From: Capsulimonadales bacterium
GTDB taxonomy: Bacteria; Armatimonadota; Armatimonadia; Armatimonadales; Armatimonadaceae
Assembly: GCA_033762295.1 (NCBI GenBank)
Contig: JANRLW010000030.1
Location: 1-59,792 of the forward strand
DNA length: 59,792 bases
Direction: 5' to 3'
Part shown: in pieces, positions 9,462 to 19,812 of the stretch
How positions within the stretch are numbered: position 1 is the first letter of the stretch
Layout of the letters: every line of letters begins with the position of its first letter
The notes under the pieces: generated by a model
Seen by the model: the letters and a program-made list of their open reading frames with translations, nothing else
What the model was told of the DNA's origin: nothing
The model's database searches: none
Made by a program: the position numbers and the translations under genes

Positions 9462-10558
9462 CGGCCCGACGAAACGATCGGTTTGCCCTGAGAGGACGGC
9501 TTTCGTTTCTTTTCCGGTTTCGTCTTCGTCCTCGCGACGGTCGCTTCCGCCGGGGCGTCCGCGAACGTCACCAGGCGCATCCCGTTCGTCTCCGGGCGGT
9601 TGACAAACTTCATGCGGGAGGCGGGCAGAGTCAGGGTGGTGGTATCCCCATCGCTGACGTACGGCGCGAGCGAACTGCCGGGTTTACGGCGGGCGGCCAC
9701 CAGCACCTGGATCCAGCGTTCGATGTTCCCCGGCTCCGACCCGACTCGCATGACCGATTTCCGGTCGAACCGCTTGTCGAGCGGGGCGTACGACGCGTCT
9801 CCCCACGCCATGCAGACCAGCCGGTTGCCGTTCGCCGTCAGGATGTCGCGCAATGCGGGGGTTTTCGGAAAGATGCCGTAGGGGACCGCCATGGTGTCGA
9901 TCGTGACGCGCGGATCGATCTTCCGGAAGTACTGCTGGCAATGGGTGACTTCCCAGGCGAGTTCTTTGGCATTCAGACGGCTGAACGGACGGTGCGACGT
10001 CGAGTGGTTGGCGATCTCATACCCGGCATCGACCAGATATTTGACCTTCGCCTGTTCCTTGCCCTCCTGATGGAACGGAACGGGATTGTAGCGCGACTTT
10101 GGCAGCACGAAGAAGACAGCCCGCTGCGGCCAGGCATCGCCGTGCTTTTTATGCATCGCATCCAGGATGCCGACGACGCAATCGGGGTCGATCCGTCCGT
10201 TTTTGTAGCGGAACTGTGAGCCCCGCGCATCGTCGAACGTCAGCACGACCGGCGTTTTCCCTTTCGGAATCGCCAGGCGCGGATTGGTCAGGTCGCGCAG
10301 ATTGACCGGGTAGAAGCCGTTCCGGTAGAGCAGGTCCATATGCTTGCGGAAGAGGGACGGCGTGATGTTCAGTCCGTGGCGATCGTAGGCGGTGTTATAT
10401 TCGCCGACGGAGTGGTACATGAGGATCGGAACCCGCCCCAGTTCGTTGGGCTGATCCGTGTCGCGCGGCGAAGACGCCCGGGCCATGAGGGAACCGGAGA
10501 CGATCGCCAGAAGAAGACCGGGCAACGGAAGGAGTCGGGACGATTGCATGGATTGCAT
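9458..10558 (-). CDS. Secreted polysaccharide deacetylase (CE4)
   Basis: Signal peptide; PILMYH, VLTFDD, YEIANHSTSH, MAVPYG. Confidence 0.9.
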   Translation of the reverse strand: MQSMQSSRLLPLPGLLLAIVSGSLMARASSPRDTDQPNELGRVPILMYHSVGEYNTAYDRHGLNITPSLFRKHMDLLYRNGFYPVNLRDLTNPRLAIPKGKTPVVLTFDDARGSQFRYKNGRIDPDCVVGILDAMHKKHGDAWPQRAVFFVLPKSRYNPVPFHQEGKEQAKVKYLVDAGYEIANHSTSHRPFSRLNAKELAWEVTHCQQYFRKIDPRVTIDTMAVPYGIFPKTPALRDILTANGNRLVCMAWGDASYAPLDKRFDRKSVMRVGSEPGNIERWIQVLVAARRKPGSSLAPYVSDGDTTTLTLPASRMKFVNRPETNGMRLVTFADAPAEATVARTKTKPEKKRKPSSQGKPIVSSGR

Positions 10559-10647
10559 GGAAGAGCCTGCCGTACGAGAGTACCTGACTCATTGTACGGC
10601 AAACCCCGACAGGCTTCCTCCCGTTGAGGAATGACTCACACGAGTTT

Positions 10648-11760
10648 TTAAGTGGCGTCCGGGGACGATTCCATACCGAGGGCGCGAAAGATCGGGTGTC
10701 CTTTCAAGCCCAGTTGCTGCGCGATATCGGCTTCCTTCCGCGCCTCGTCCCGTTTGCCACGCGCCAGCAGCACCATCGCCAGGTTGGCGTGGAAGGCCGG
10801 AGCCTTTTCCGCCAGACGGACGGCCTCCCGCATCTCCGCCTCCGCTTCCTCAAGCTTCTTCAGGCCGAACAGCAGTCCGCCAAACTGGTCATGGTAGGCG
10901 GCGGACGTCGGGGCGAGGCGTACGGCCTCCCGCAGAAACGGTTCCGCCTCCGGCAGTTTGCGCTGAAAGACCAGACACATCGCGACGTCGAACTGGAACG
11001 GGGCGAACGTCGGCGCGAGCTTCACGGCTTCCCGAAGTTGGGATTCGGCCTCCGCCGGGTTACCCCGGGTACCCAGAATACGCCCCATCTGATTGCGGAA
11101 GATCGGCGATTTCGGCTCGAGCCGGATCGCTTCCTGCCCCTCGCGAACGGCTTCGTCGAACCGGCGTTGTCCCAGGTAGAGCATCGCCAGCTCGGCATGA
11201 TAGCCGGCCTGATCCTTCAGGCGGACGGCGGCTTTGAAGGCGGACTCCGCCGCCTCGGTTTTCCCCTGAGCCAGCAGGATGCTGCCCAACCTCGCCTGGT
11301 AGGAGTCGTTCTTCGGCGACAGAGCGATCGCGGCCTCGATGGCCGTTTCGGCGTCCGCGGCGCGCCGCTGGAAATAGAGGCTGTCGGCCAGACCCTCGTG
11401 CCAGCGGGCCTCCTTGCCGTTCAGCTCGATCGCTTTTCGATAGAGCGGTTCCGCCTCTCCGGGCCGTCGCTGCATCAGCACCGAACCGGCCAGTGTACCG
11501 ATGTAGAGGGCGTTGCCCGGTTCCAGACGGACCGCTTCTTTCAGATAGGACTCGGCGACCGGCAGGTTCCCGTTTTTCAGACGGGCCTCTCCCTCCCGGA
11601 AGCAATCTTTCGCGCTGGCCGGAAAGCGGGCGGGCGGCAGATCGACGTTGCGCGGCAGGGAGACCTGCGCGTAGCCCGGTATCGCGACCGCGAGAACGGC
11701 GACGACGGCAATCCGTCTGCCGATAGGGGCGAACCGATGTAGGGACATGGGCACGGACAT
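10648..11760 (-). CDS. Secreted tetratricopeptide-repeat protein
   Basis: Signal peptide followed by ~9 repeats of the AE..LREAVRL.P TPR pattern. Confidence 0.9.
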   Translation of the reverse strand: MSVPMSLHRFAPIGRRIAVVAVLAVAIPGYAQVSLPRNVDLPPARFPASAKDCFREGEARLKNGNLPVAESYLKEAVRLEPGNALYIGTLAGSVLMQRRPGEAEPLYRKAIELNGKEARWHEGLADSLYFQRRAADAETAIEAAIALSPKNDSYQARLGSILLAQGKTEAAESAFKAAVRLKDQAGYHAELAMLYLGQRRFDEAVREGQEAIRLEPKSPIFRNQMGRILGTRGNPAEAESQLREAVKLAPTFAPFQFDVAMCLVFQRKLPEAEPFLREAVRLAPTSAAYHDQFGGLLFGLKKLEEAEAEMREAVRLAEKAPAFHANLAMVLLARGKRDEARKEADIAQQLGLKGHPIFRALGMESSPDAT

Positions 11761-11771
11761 GGAAAACCTCC

Positions 11772-12959
11772 TCAGACGGATCGAGTATCGAGGGGAGGAT
11801 CGGACTTCCCCCTGGTTTTATCGTTATACGGTATTCCGGACGTTGGCGTCACGCGGAGGCATCGGAAGGCGGACAGCCGACGGAATTCCTGACGGAGTGC
11901 GCGGGTCGCGCCCTGTGCGACCGCGATTGCCGGCGGTCGTTGCGAGAATGCATGGGCGATGGCGTACAGGGTACGCGGAGTGAACCGGGGTTCGTTCGAA
12001 ACGGCGTAGATCGTTTCCCAGGTTTCGGGGTGGAACTTCGCCTTGAACCGTTCCAGTCCGTCGAAGTGGTAGAAACGTCGTCCGTGCGCCCGAACCCAGG
12101 TCAGGACGAGACGCAGCCAGAGGGGGTTGATGCGCGTGGCATCCCAGTTTCGGTCGGACAGCGGGACCAGTCCCATGGTCAGGTAGCGGGCGTCGTCCGC
12201 GGCCACCGCGCGGACCGCCGTATCCAGAAGCAACTCCACGGTGCCGTTCGGCGCGTTGTGTCCGCGAACGAACTGCTCGGTCAGCCAGCCGGAACGGGCC
12301 GGAACCGGGGAGCAGTTGACGAAACCGATCGGCGTTCCCTCCTTCAGAGCGACGAAGACGCGGCGACCCTCCGGATAGGAGAGAGTTTCCGGCTCGATAA
12401 GGAAGTGGAGCGGCGGCAGGGGGCGCGTCGAAAGCCATTCGTCCAGCACCCGGCGCAGACCCGGATGCTCCCGTACCCGGCACGGCGGCCACTCCTCCGT
12501 GGTGACGCCTTTGTTCCGGGCGCGGGCGACCTGCGCTCGCAGGGAGGCATGACCGGCAATGATCTCGCTCCACCGGGCGGGATTCCAGACCGGCTGCGCT
12601 CCGAGCAGGACCGTGGAATAGCCGGGACAGTCGCCGATCAGCGACATGACGCGTCCGGCGGCGCCGAAGTAGCAGACGGAATGCCCGGCCCGTCGGGCCT
12701 GCTCCTCGAACGCGTCGAGGACGTCCGGCAGACGCTCCTCGGCGCAGATGGGTGCGCCGGCGACAACGCGGACCCGCTGCCGTTCGACATAACCGACGAC
12801 CGCTTCCCGATCCGGCGAAAACCAGTGACGAATGCCGGGATTGACGACCTGAAAAGCGGTGGCGTTCCAGCCATAGCGTAACGCCAGATCGCGTGCGCGG
12901 GCGACATCCCGATCCGAAAGCCGGTTCTCGGTTCGATCCGGCGAAGGGAGCGAGTTCAT
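11772..12959 (-). CDS. DUF2156 (aminoacyl-phosphatidylglycerol synthase catalytic-like) domain protein
   Basis: VVAGAPIC, R.H.APNGTVELL, FYHFDGLERFKAKFHP.WE. Confidence 0.85.
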   Translation of the reverse strand: MNSLPSPDRTENRLSDRDVARARDLALRYGWNATAFQVVNPGIRHWFSPDREAVVGYVERQRVRVVAGAPICAEERLPDVLDAFEEQARRAGHSVCYFGAAGRVMSLIGDCPGYSTVLLGAQPVWNPARWSEIIAGHASLRAQVARARNKGVTTEEWPPCRVREHPGLRRVLDEWLSTRPLPPLHFLIEPETLSYPEGRRVFVALKEGTPIGFVNCSPVPARSGWLTEQFVRGHNAPNGTVELLLDTAVRAVAADDARYLTMGLVPLSDRNWDATRINPLWLRLVLTWVRAHGRRFYHFDGLERFKAKFHPETWETIYAVSNEPRFTPRTLYAIAHAFSQRPPAIAVAQGATRALRQEFRRLSAFRCLRVTPTSGIPYNDKTRGKSDPPLDTRSV

Positions 12960-13315
12960 GAACGGTCGGCGGGCGGTTCCATATAGGTCCGACCCCAGGC
13001 CGCGATCTCCTCGAACACCCGGTTCAGGGCGTACCCTTTTTCGGTCAGCCCGTATTCGACGTTCGGTGGCATCGCGCGAACGACCGTGCGGGTGACGACG
13101 CCCTGTGTTTCCAGATCGCCGAGCCGCTTCCGCAGCGTATGCGGGTTGATATCATTGATCTGCGCGATTTCGTTGAACCGTTTCGGTCCGGACATCAGCG
13201 TTTGCAGGATGTGCAGGGTCCATCGACCGGTGAGCAGATCCAGCGTCGCATTGAACGGGCAGAAGAGGTGGTCCGCTTCCGACGTTTCGAATCGTTCGTC
13301 CCGGCTTGACGTCAC
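12956..13315 (-). CDS. HxlR-family winged-helix transcriptional regulator
   Basis: CPFNATLDLLTGRWTLHIL..GPKRFNEI..PPNVEYGLTEKG; GTG start at 13315 after a purine-rich RBS. Confidence 0.9.
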   Translation of the reverse strand: MTSSRDERFETSEADHLFCPFNATLDLLTGRWTLHILQTLMSGPKRFNEIAQINDINPHTLRKRLGDLETQGVVTRTVVRAMPPNVEYGLTEKGYALNRVFEEIAAWGRTYMEPPADRS

Positions 13316-13465
13316 GAGCGGCCCCCCTTCGATCCGGAACGTTTCCGATCCGTAGACAGGGAAACTTCGATGGCGATTTTTGCATATCGCATAATAGCAG
13401 GACACCGTTCGACGGGCGCGGTTCCGAGGACCGCCGCCCCTCCGATCCAGGAAAGAAACATTGTC

Positions 13466-14143
13466 ATGGATAGTATCCGAAATACGCCGCAAAAACCGCT
13501 GTCGCTGGTTCATCTGATGCAGTTCCCCCGTCAGTCTCCCCGCCCGCCGCTGCTGATACTCCTGCACGGAGTCGGCAGCAACGAGCACGATCTTTTCGAT
13601 CTGGCCGGGTTGCTCGATCCGCGCTTTCTGACGTTATCGGTTCGGTCGCCGATTACCTTCGGCCCGGGGGCGTACGGCTGGTATCCCGTAACCTTCACTC
13701 CGCAGGGAGCGGTCGGGGACACGCGACTGGCGGAGGAGGGTCGGCAGAAGCTGATCACGTTCATCGGGGAGGCCGTGGACACCTACGGAGCGGACCCTCG
13801 GCAGGTGTACCTTCTGGGTTTTTCCCAGGGGGCGATCATGAGCCTGGCGGTCGCCCTGACCCGCCCGGATCTGGTTGCCGGAGCCGTCGTCATGAGCGGA
13901 CGTCTGCTGCCGGAGGCGTTCGCGCATCGTGCCGACGATGCCGCGCTGCGTGGCTTACCGATTCTGGCCGTCCACGGGGTCCTCGACACGGTGCTGACCA
14001 TCGCCGAAGCGCGGGAGATGAACCGCAAGCTCTCAACGCTGCCGCTCGATTTGACGTACCGGGAGTACGGTATGGGCCACCACACGACCCCGGAAAGCAT
14101 TTCCGAGGTCTCCCGGTGGCTCACCGCGCGGCTGGACCGCTGA
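13466..14143 (+). CDS. Phospholipase/carboxylesterase (alpha/beta hydrolase)
   Basis: LLHGVGSNE, GFSQG nucleophile elbow, HGVLD, MGH. Confidence 0.92.
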   Translation: MDSIRNTPQKPLSLVHLMQFPRQSPRPPLLILLHGVGSNEHDLFDLAGLLDPRFLTLSVRSPITFGPGAYGWYPVTFTPQGAVGDTRLAEEGRQKLITFIGEAVDTYGADPRQVYLLGFSQGAIMSLAVALTRPDLVAGAVVMSGRLLPEAFAHRADDAALRGLPILAVHGVLDTVLTIAEAREMNRKLSTLPLDLTYREYGMGHHTTPESISEVSRWLTARLDR

Positions 14144-14215
14144 TCCGCCGGATTCGCCCCGCCGAAACCCGGATATGCTACAATTTGCCGTGAACGAAAC
14201 GAGGAGCTTCGAAAT

Positions 14216-15025
14216 ATGGGCCTGTTAGACGGCAAAAAAGGCATTGTATACGGTTTGCGGAACGAGCGTTCGGCGGCCTGGGGTATCGCGAAAAGCCTGG
14301 CACGGGAGGGGGCGACGTTCGCGCTGACTTTTCTGGGGGAACGGGAGGAAAAGGATGTCCGAAAGCTCGCTCCCCAGCTGGGAGAGAACACGGTTCCGCT
14401 GATCGCCCCGTGCGACCTGACCAAACCCGATCAGGTGACCGCACTGCACGAGCAATTGAAGGAAACCTTCGGGACGCTGGACTTCATCGTTCATTCGGTC
14501 GCCTTCGCCAAAGGGCTGGACGGACGTCTGGTCGATGTCAGTCCGGAGGATTTCGCGATCTCGATGCAGGTGTCGGTCTATACTCTGGTAACGGCGGTAA
14601 AGGCGGCGGAACCTCTGCTCGCGCCGAACGCGTCGGTCGTGACGCTGACGTATCTTGGCGGTGAGCGGGTGGTGCCGAACTACAACACGGCCGGAATCGC
14701 GAAGGCGGCTCTGGAATCGACGGTCCGCTATCTCGCTAACGATCTGGGGCCGCAGGGAGTACGGGTCAATGCGATCTCGGCCGGACCGATGATGACCCTG
14801 TCCGCGCGCGGGATCAAAGGGTTTGTCGATATGTATAAGTTCAGCGGGGAGGTTTCTCCGCTCCGGCATAGCACACATATCGACGAGGTCGGGGATGCCA
14901 CAGCGTTTCTGGTGTCCTCCTGGGCGCGGGGAATCACCGGCAGCCTGCTGTATGTCGACTCGGGATACCACATCGTCGGCATGCCGGTACACGGGGGCAA
15001 AGAAAGCCGGGAAGGAGAAGCATAA
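14216..15025 (+). CDS. fabI: Enoyl-ACP reductase
   Basis: LDFIVHSVAFA, LTYLG..VVPNYN..GIAKAALE, RVNAISAGP. Confidence 0.95.
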   Translation: MGLLDGKKGIVYGLRNERSAAWGIAKSLAREGATFALTFLGEREEKDVRKLAPQLGENTVPLIAPCDLTKPDQVTALHEQLKETFGTLDFIVHSVAFAKGLDGRLVDVSPEDFAISMQVSVYTLVTAVKAAEPLLAPNASVVTLTYLGGERVVPNYNTAGIAKAALESTVRYLANDLGPQGVRVNAISAGPMMTLSARGIKGFVDMYKFSGEVSPLRHSTHIDEVGDATAFLVSSWARGITGSLLYVDSGYHIVGMPVHGGKESREGEA

Positions 15026-15072
15026 CGCCTCTCCTGCGTTCGCATCCCGGTTCGCATCCTGCGTGCGACCGG

Positions 15073-15693
15073 TTACGGAAGGTACAGCAGGACGTTCACG
15101 GCGCGCATTCCGGCGCGCCGTGCCGCTTCGAGGCCGGCGGGGGCGTCCTCATAAACCACGCATCCCGCGGCTTCCACTCCGAGCCGTTCCGCCGCCTTCA
15201 AAAAGACGTCCGGTTCCGGTTTGCCTCGCTCCACGTCTCCGCTGCCGACGACCACCGGAAACAACTCCGTCAGTCCCAGAACCCGGATGGTCTCCTCCAC
15301 CAGAGGGCGCATACCCCCGGAGGCGACGGCCAGCGGGCATTGACCATGCAACCGTCGGGCCTCCGCGATCACCGGTTCGATACCACGGACACCGGGAATC
15401 AGGCGGCGGTAGTTCATTTCCTTTTCATGCGAGACCCGATCGGCGTCCATTCGCATCTCGTGCTGTTCGTTCAGGCGAAGAATGATCTCCCGCGCGGTCA
15501 CGCCCCCCCAGGCGTAGAACTGCTCCTCGGGGAAGGGGCAACCGAGCGGATCGAGCGTTTCGCGCCAGGCGCGGTAGTGCAGAGGCATGGTATCGGCCAG
15601 GGTACCGTCGCAGTCGAAGATAGCGGCGACCGGAACGAAATCGAGCGGCATGGCGACCAGGTGGTCCGGCAGGGCGGCAGAGGAATTGGACAT
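15073..15693 (-). CDS. HAD-family phosphatase (beta-PGM/YqaB-like)
   Basis: IFDCDGTLADT, GKPEPD, VVYEDAPAG. Confidence 0.92.
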   Translation of the reverse strand: MSNSSAALPDHLVAMPLDFVPVAAIFDCDGTLADTMPLHYRAWRETLDPLGCPFPEEQFYAWGGVTAREIILRLNEQHEMRMDADRVSHEKEMNYRRLIPGVRGIEPVIAEARRLHGQCPLAVASGGMRPLVEETIRVLGLTELFPVVVGSGDVERGKPEPDVFLKAAERLGVEAAGCVVYEDAPAGLEAARRAGMRAVNVLLYLP

Positions 15694-15932
15694 GACGTAT
15701 GGTAACCGAAAACCGCGCCGAAAGGCAACAGACAGCCGGATCGGACCCCGATGGGCCTGCCTGACCCGGGAAAACGTTTCCGGAAGACGCGTTTTGCCCG
15801 TTCCGGAGAAAATAACAACGACGCGACGAAAAGTGTATGTAACTTTCGGTAAACGCGGCGCGTCTTAATCAGCGAGGAGAGGGATTGATCATCCCTCGGG
15901 AATACTGCTCGATCCCGGCCATGATTGTCGGG

Positions 15933-15962
15933 AAGCCCCCGGTCGATTTCGACCGGGGGTTT
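15933..15962 (+). terminator. Intrinsic terminator-like hairpin with no upstream CDS on this strand
   Basis: AAGCCCCCGGTCG ATTT CGACCGGGGGTTT. Confidence 0.55.
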
Positions 15963-16066
15963 GCCTTATCCGATCGGGTAGATCCGGCATGTCGGTATAT
16001 CGGGTATGCTGAGTGCGGGATGAACGGGAACGGACGCGGGAGGGATCGACGTTGGGAAACGAAACG

Positions 16067-17005
16067 GTGAGTGAAAAAAGCGTTGAAAGCGATGAGATCT
16101 TACTGACGGTCGACCGTCGGCAGGTGCGGGTCTCCCCCTTTGGCGCGTCGCTGCGCGGATTCCATGAGACCGGGGAGGACGGAAAAGTTCATCCGATCGT
16201 CACCGGGTATTCGGGAACGACGAACAAGGTCGGCGGTCAGGGCGATGTATTGATCCCGTTTCCGGGCCGCATTCGCGACGGACGGTACTCCTTCGACGGG
16301 AACGACTATGCTCTCGAGCGGAACGACAAGGACGGGCCGAACGCGATCCACGGCTTTCTGCGGACGAAACACTGGGAGACGACGGAGCGAACGGACGACA
16401 TGGTCCGCTTTTCAGTGACCCTCGGGCCGGAGGAGCGACCCGGCTATCCGTTTGCCCTGATGGCGACGGTCCGCTATTCCCTGACCCCGGAGGAGGGCCT
16501 GACCTGCGCCTTCAAGGTGACCAATACCGGTGACCGGCGCGCGCCGGTCGCCGCCGGATTCCATCCGTACTTCACCGTCGGCACGGAGACGATCGACGAT
16601 AACCTTCTGTATCTGCCCTTCGAATCCTACCTGGAGTTCGAGAATCTGCTGCCGACCGGGGAAGTGTCGGGCGTCGGAGGAACGTCGTTCGACTTCCGCA
16701 GTCCCCGACCGATCGGAACGACGGTATTCAACACCTGCTTTGCCGACCCGGTGCGCGATACCGACGGGTTCGCGCGGGTCCGTCTCTCCTCGGCGGACGG
16801 CGGAAGGACGATTACCGTCCGCATGGACGAGGCGTTCGGCTATGTCGTGCTCTACTCCGGCGATCCGCTGCCGGAGACCCACCGTCGCCGGTCCCTGGCG
16901 ATCGAACCGATGACCTGTGCGTCGGACGGATTCAACCGTCCGGAGTGGGGATTGGCCCGTTTGGAACCGGGCGAAACGCTGACCGGCGTCTGGGGCGTGC
17001 TCTGA
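16067..17005 (+). CDS. Aldose 1-epimerase family protein
   Basis: LIPFPGRIRDG, NAIHGF, GFHPYF, LAIEPMT; start codon uncertain. Confidence 0.9.
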   Translation: MSEKSVESDEILLTVDRRQVRVSPFGASLRGFHETGEDGKVHPIVTGYSGTTNKVGGQGDVLIPFPGRIRDGRYSFDGNDYALERNDKDGPNAIHGFLRTKHWETTERTDDMVRFSVTLGPEERPGYPFALMATVRYSLTPEEGLTCAFKVTNTGDRRAPVAAGFHPYFTVGTETIDDNLLYLPFESYLEFENLLPTGEVSGVGGTSFDFRSPRPIGTTVFNTCFADPVRDTDGFARVRLSSADGGRTITVRMDEAFGYVVLYSGDPLPETHRRRSLAIEPMTCASDGFNRPEWGLARLEPGETLTGVWGVL

Positions 17006-17032
17006 CCGTTTCGGGGAACGGAAAGATTTTTT

Positions 17033-17287
17033 CTATCCCCCGCTCATCGGAGGCAGGAACGCCACCTCGTCGTCGTCCCGGAGGACGGTCGCCGAATCGC
17101 AGAAATCGGTGTTGACGGCGCACCGGGTACGGTTCCCCAGATCGGCGAAGCGAGCGTCCCGCGCCTCCAGAAGCCGGGCAACGTCGGCGACCGTCGCTCC
17201 GGAGGGCAGTTCGGTCCGGAGGACTCCGTCGGGGAGGACATCGCGGTAGTGTCCGAAAACCAGGACACGGACGACGATTCTTTCCAT
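17033..17287 (-). CDS. MoaD/ThiS-family sulfur carrier
   Basis: 84 aa; AVN..F..DEVAFLPPMSGG with C-terminal GG. Confidence 0.9.
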   Translation of the reverse strand: MERIVVRVLVFGHYRDVLPDGVLRTELPSGATVADVARLLEARDARFADLGNRTRCAVNTDFCDSATVLRDDDEVAFLPPMSGG

Positions 17288-18855
17288 CAGCCGACCTCCA
17301 GGGCGGTTTCACTGCCCTCCTCGACACCGGAGGGCACGAGCCGGACGGCGCGAATCGTCCGAACGCGGCGATTCACCACCCTTTCCACACGAAATTCCAG
17401 ACCATCCAGGCGTATCCGTTCGCCTTCGACCGGTTCGTGACCCAGGACGCCGAAGACCAGTCCGCCGATGGTGTCGTACTCGTCGTGCGGCAGTTCGACC
17501 CCCAGACGATCGTTGACATCCAGGATGCCCATGCGGGCATCGATCAGCGTCTCGGTCTCGGAGACGACCTGCAGTTCCGGCTCATCGACATCGTACTCGT
17601 CGCGGATCTCTCCGACAATCTCCTCGATCAGGTCTTCCAGAGTCACCAGACCGGCGGTACCGGAATACTCATCGCGAACGATCGCCATTTGGAACTTGTC
17701 GCGCCGCATTTCGGCCAGCAGGTCGGCCACCTTCTTGGTCTCCGGTACGAAAAACGCGCCCCGCATGACGATGCGCAGGTCGACGTCCGATTTGGAGGCT
17801 TTGAAGTAGGGAAGGAGATCCTTGGCATGGATGATCCCGATCACGTTATCGATCGTCCCCTCATAGACCGGAATGCGGGAGTGTCCGGATTGGAGGATCG
17901 TTTCCAGGGTGATGCCGAGGGGGGCATCGACCGAAAGCGCGGTCATATCGATGCGCGGGGTCATGACGGCGCGCACCGCCGTCTCCGACAGGTCGAAGAC
18001 GTTGGTGATGATCTTGGCCTCCTCATCGTCGAGTTCCCCGTGGCGTTCGCCCTGATCGACGATCTGCTCGAACTCCTCGCGGGTGATCATCGGCGTTTCG
18101 AACTTGGCCTTACCGCCGAACGGGGCGACGATCACATTCGAAGCCCAGACCACGAAGTAGGTCAGCCAGGAAAAGATGCGGGCGAAAAGGCTGACCAGGG
18201 GCGCGAGTCGCAACGCCCAGATATCCGGGGCCTGCAAAGCGAGTGTCTTAGGGACGATCTCGCCGACCACGATGGAGAAGAGCGCGACGATAATGGTGAC
18301 GACCACGACGGCGGCGGTGTCCGCGAACGGCGCGACGCCCGGAATCGCCTTCAAAAGCGGGACGAGCGGAGCGGAAAGAGTGGTTGCCGCCGCCGCTGCG
18401 GAGAAGAAACTCAACAGGGTCATGACCACCTGGACGGTGGCGATCATCCGGGGCGGATCTTCCAGAAGCCGCTGGACGGTGCGTGCCCCGCTCCGTTTCT
18501 CCTCCACCAGCTGCTCGATGCGGGTTCGACGCAGCGAGACGAGCGCCGTCTCGGCCATGGCGAACGTGCCGTTGAGCAGGTTGAGCAGCACAACGACCCC
18601 CAGGCTGGTCAGGATATCGATCGGGTAGGCAACCGAAGCGTCGGGAGCGGCGCCGGACTGGGAATTCTCCTGGGCATGGGCGAGATGCCAGAAAGCGAAA
18701 AATCCGACGGCCGTGAGCGACAGGGCGAACAGGCGGGAGAGGAGCGTACGGCGGGGAACGATACGTTCCGGCAGGGCCGACTCCCGTTTGCGAGCCGAGG
18801 CGCGACGAGAAGATGAAAAGGTGCTAACTTCCGATGACTTACTGTGCGAATCCAA
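17287..18855 (-). CDS. Hemolysin-family CNNM/CBS/CorC transporter
   Basis: AMAETALVS, VGEIVPK, VMTPRIDM, GHSRIPVY, DEYSGTAGLVTLEDLIEEIVGEIRDEYD; start uncertain. Confidence 0.92.
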   Translation of the reverse strand: MDSHSKSSEVSTFSSSRRASARKRESALPERIVPRRTLLSRLFALSLTAVGFFAFWHLAHAQENSQSGAAPDASVAYPIDILTSLGVVVLLNLLNGTFAMAETALVSLRRTRIEQLVEEKRSGARTVQRLLEDPPRMIATVQVVMTLLSFFSAAAAATTLSAPLVPLLKAIPGVAPFADTAAVVVVTIIVALFSIVVGEIVPKTLALQAPDIWALRLAPLVSLFARIFSWLTYFVVWASNVIVAPFGGKAKFETPMITREEFEQIVDQGERHGELDDEEAKIITNVFDLSETAVRAVMTPRIDMTALSVDAPLGITLETILQSGHSRIPVYEGTIDNVIGIIHAKDLLPYFKASKSDVDLRIVMRGAFFVPETKKVADLLAEMRRDKFQMAIVRDEYSGTAGLVTLEDLIEEIVGEIRDEYDVDEPELQVVSETETLIDARMGILDVNDRLGVELPHDEYDTIGGLVFGVLGHEPVEGERIRLDGLEFRVERVVNRRVRTIRAVRLVPSGVEEGSETALEVG

Positions 18856-18900
18856 TCGTTATTTCCTCCGCGGACGGCTGCTGAAAACGTGGGTGACCGA

Positions 18901-19812
18901 TCAACCCGGTACCGGGATAAGCTGCCCGAACCAGACCGGTAACTGATAAGCACAGACGGTCAGAAAGATCGCCAGCGCCGCGCCCAACACAACCTCCCGC
19001 ACGGTATGAATGCGCGCTTCGACCCGCGATTGGGCCACCAGCAGCGCCAGTAGAATCGCCAACACCGACGCATAGACGTTGCCGACGACGATGATAATCG
19101 ATGTTGCCAGAAAAAAGGCGACCGCGGTATGTCCCGAAACGACGCCCCCCTGAAGCAACGTTCCTTTTTCCCCCCGGATTTTCAGCGCCATCAGGACGAT
19201 CATCAGCAGCAGAAAGCCGGTCATGAACAGATAGAAGGAGGGGGGTTGCTGCAGGCGGAGGCGAAGCTGCTCGATCCGGCCGTTCCACAAAAAGAGGACG
19301 CCGCCAACCATGACCGAGTTCAGCGAGGCGACCAGCACCCCGCCCGCCGCCGCATCCTTGGCGATTTTCGCGCCCGGATGGTAGCTCTCGGTAATCATAT
19401 CGACGACGACTTCGACCGCCGTGTTGAACAACTCCGCCATGATGACCAGGGAGCAAACCACCAGAAGCGCGGCCATTTCCAGCCGCTCGAGACGGAAAAT
19501 CAGCCCGGAGAGCAGTACCAGGGAGCAGATCGCGATATGAAATCGCATATTTCGCTGCGTACGGAAGGTATGCAGAACACCTTCGGCGGCATGGCGAAAC
19601 GAGTGAAACGGATTGCGGGGACGCCACGGACTGACGGTCGGCAAAACCCGGGGCGTCGTCGGCGTCGGGCGATACGGAGCGGAGGGACGCGCGGTTGATG
19701 AGGGAAGGACCGTCCCGACGGACCGTCGCGGGTTCAGGGATTCCGGCGAAGGACTGTGTTCGTCGGAGGTCGACTCCCCGGAGGAATCGCGACCGCTTTG
19801 AAGCACGCTCAT
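18901..19812 (-). CDS. dgkA: Diacylglycerol/undecaprenol kinase fused to a PAP2-like domain
   Basis: SFRHAAEG..QRNMRFH, AELFNTAVE..VD, AKIAKDAAAGGVL; C-terminal SGHTAVAF..SRVEARIHT.REV. Confidence 0.9.
   Translation of the reverse strand: MSVLQSGRDSSGESTSDEHSPSPESLNPRRSVGTVLPSSTARPSAPYRPTPTTPRVLPTVSPWRPRNPFHSFRHAAEGVLHTFRTQRNMRFHIAICSLVLLSGLIFRLERLEMAALLVVCSLVIMAELFNTAVEVVVDMITESYHPGAKIAKDAAAGGVLVASLNSVMVGGVLFLWNGRIEQLRLRLQQPPSFYLFMTGFLLLMIVLMALKIRGEKGTLLQGGVVSGHTAVAFFLATSIIIVVGNVYASVLAILLALLVAQSRVEARIHTVREVVLGAALAIFLTVCAYQLPVWFGQLIPVPG

Noticed and set aside
15840..15880. Hammerhead-like CTGA..GAAA on the minus strand
   Set aside because: Core reads CTGATTA rather than CTGANGA, and the flanking stems do not form
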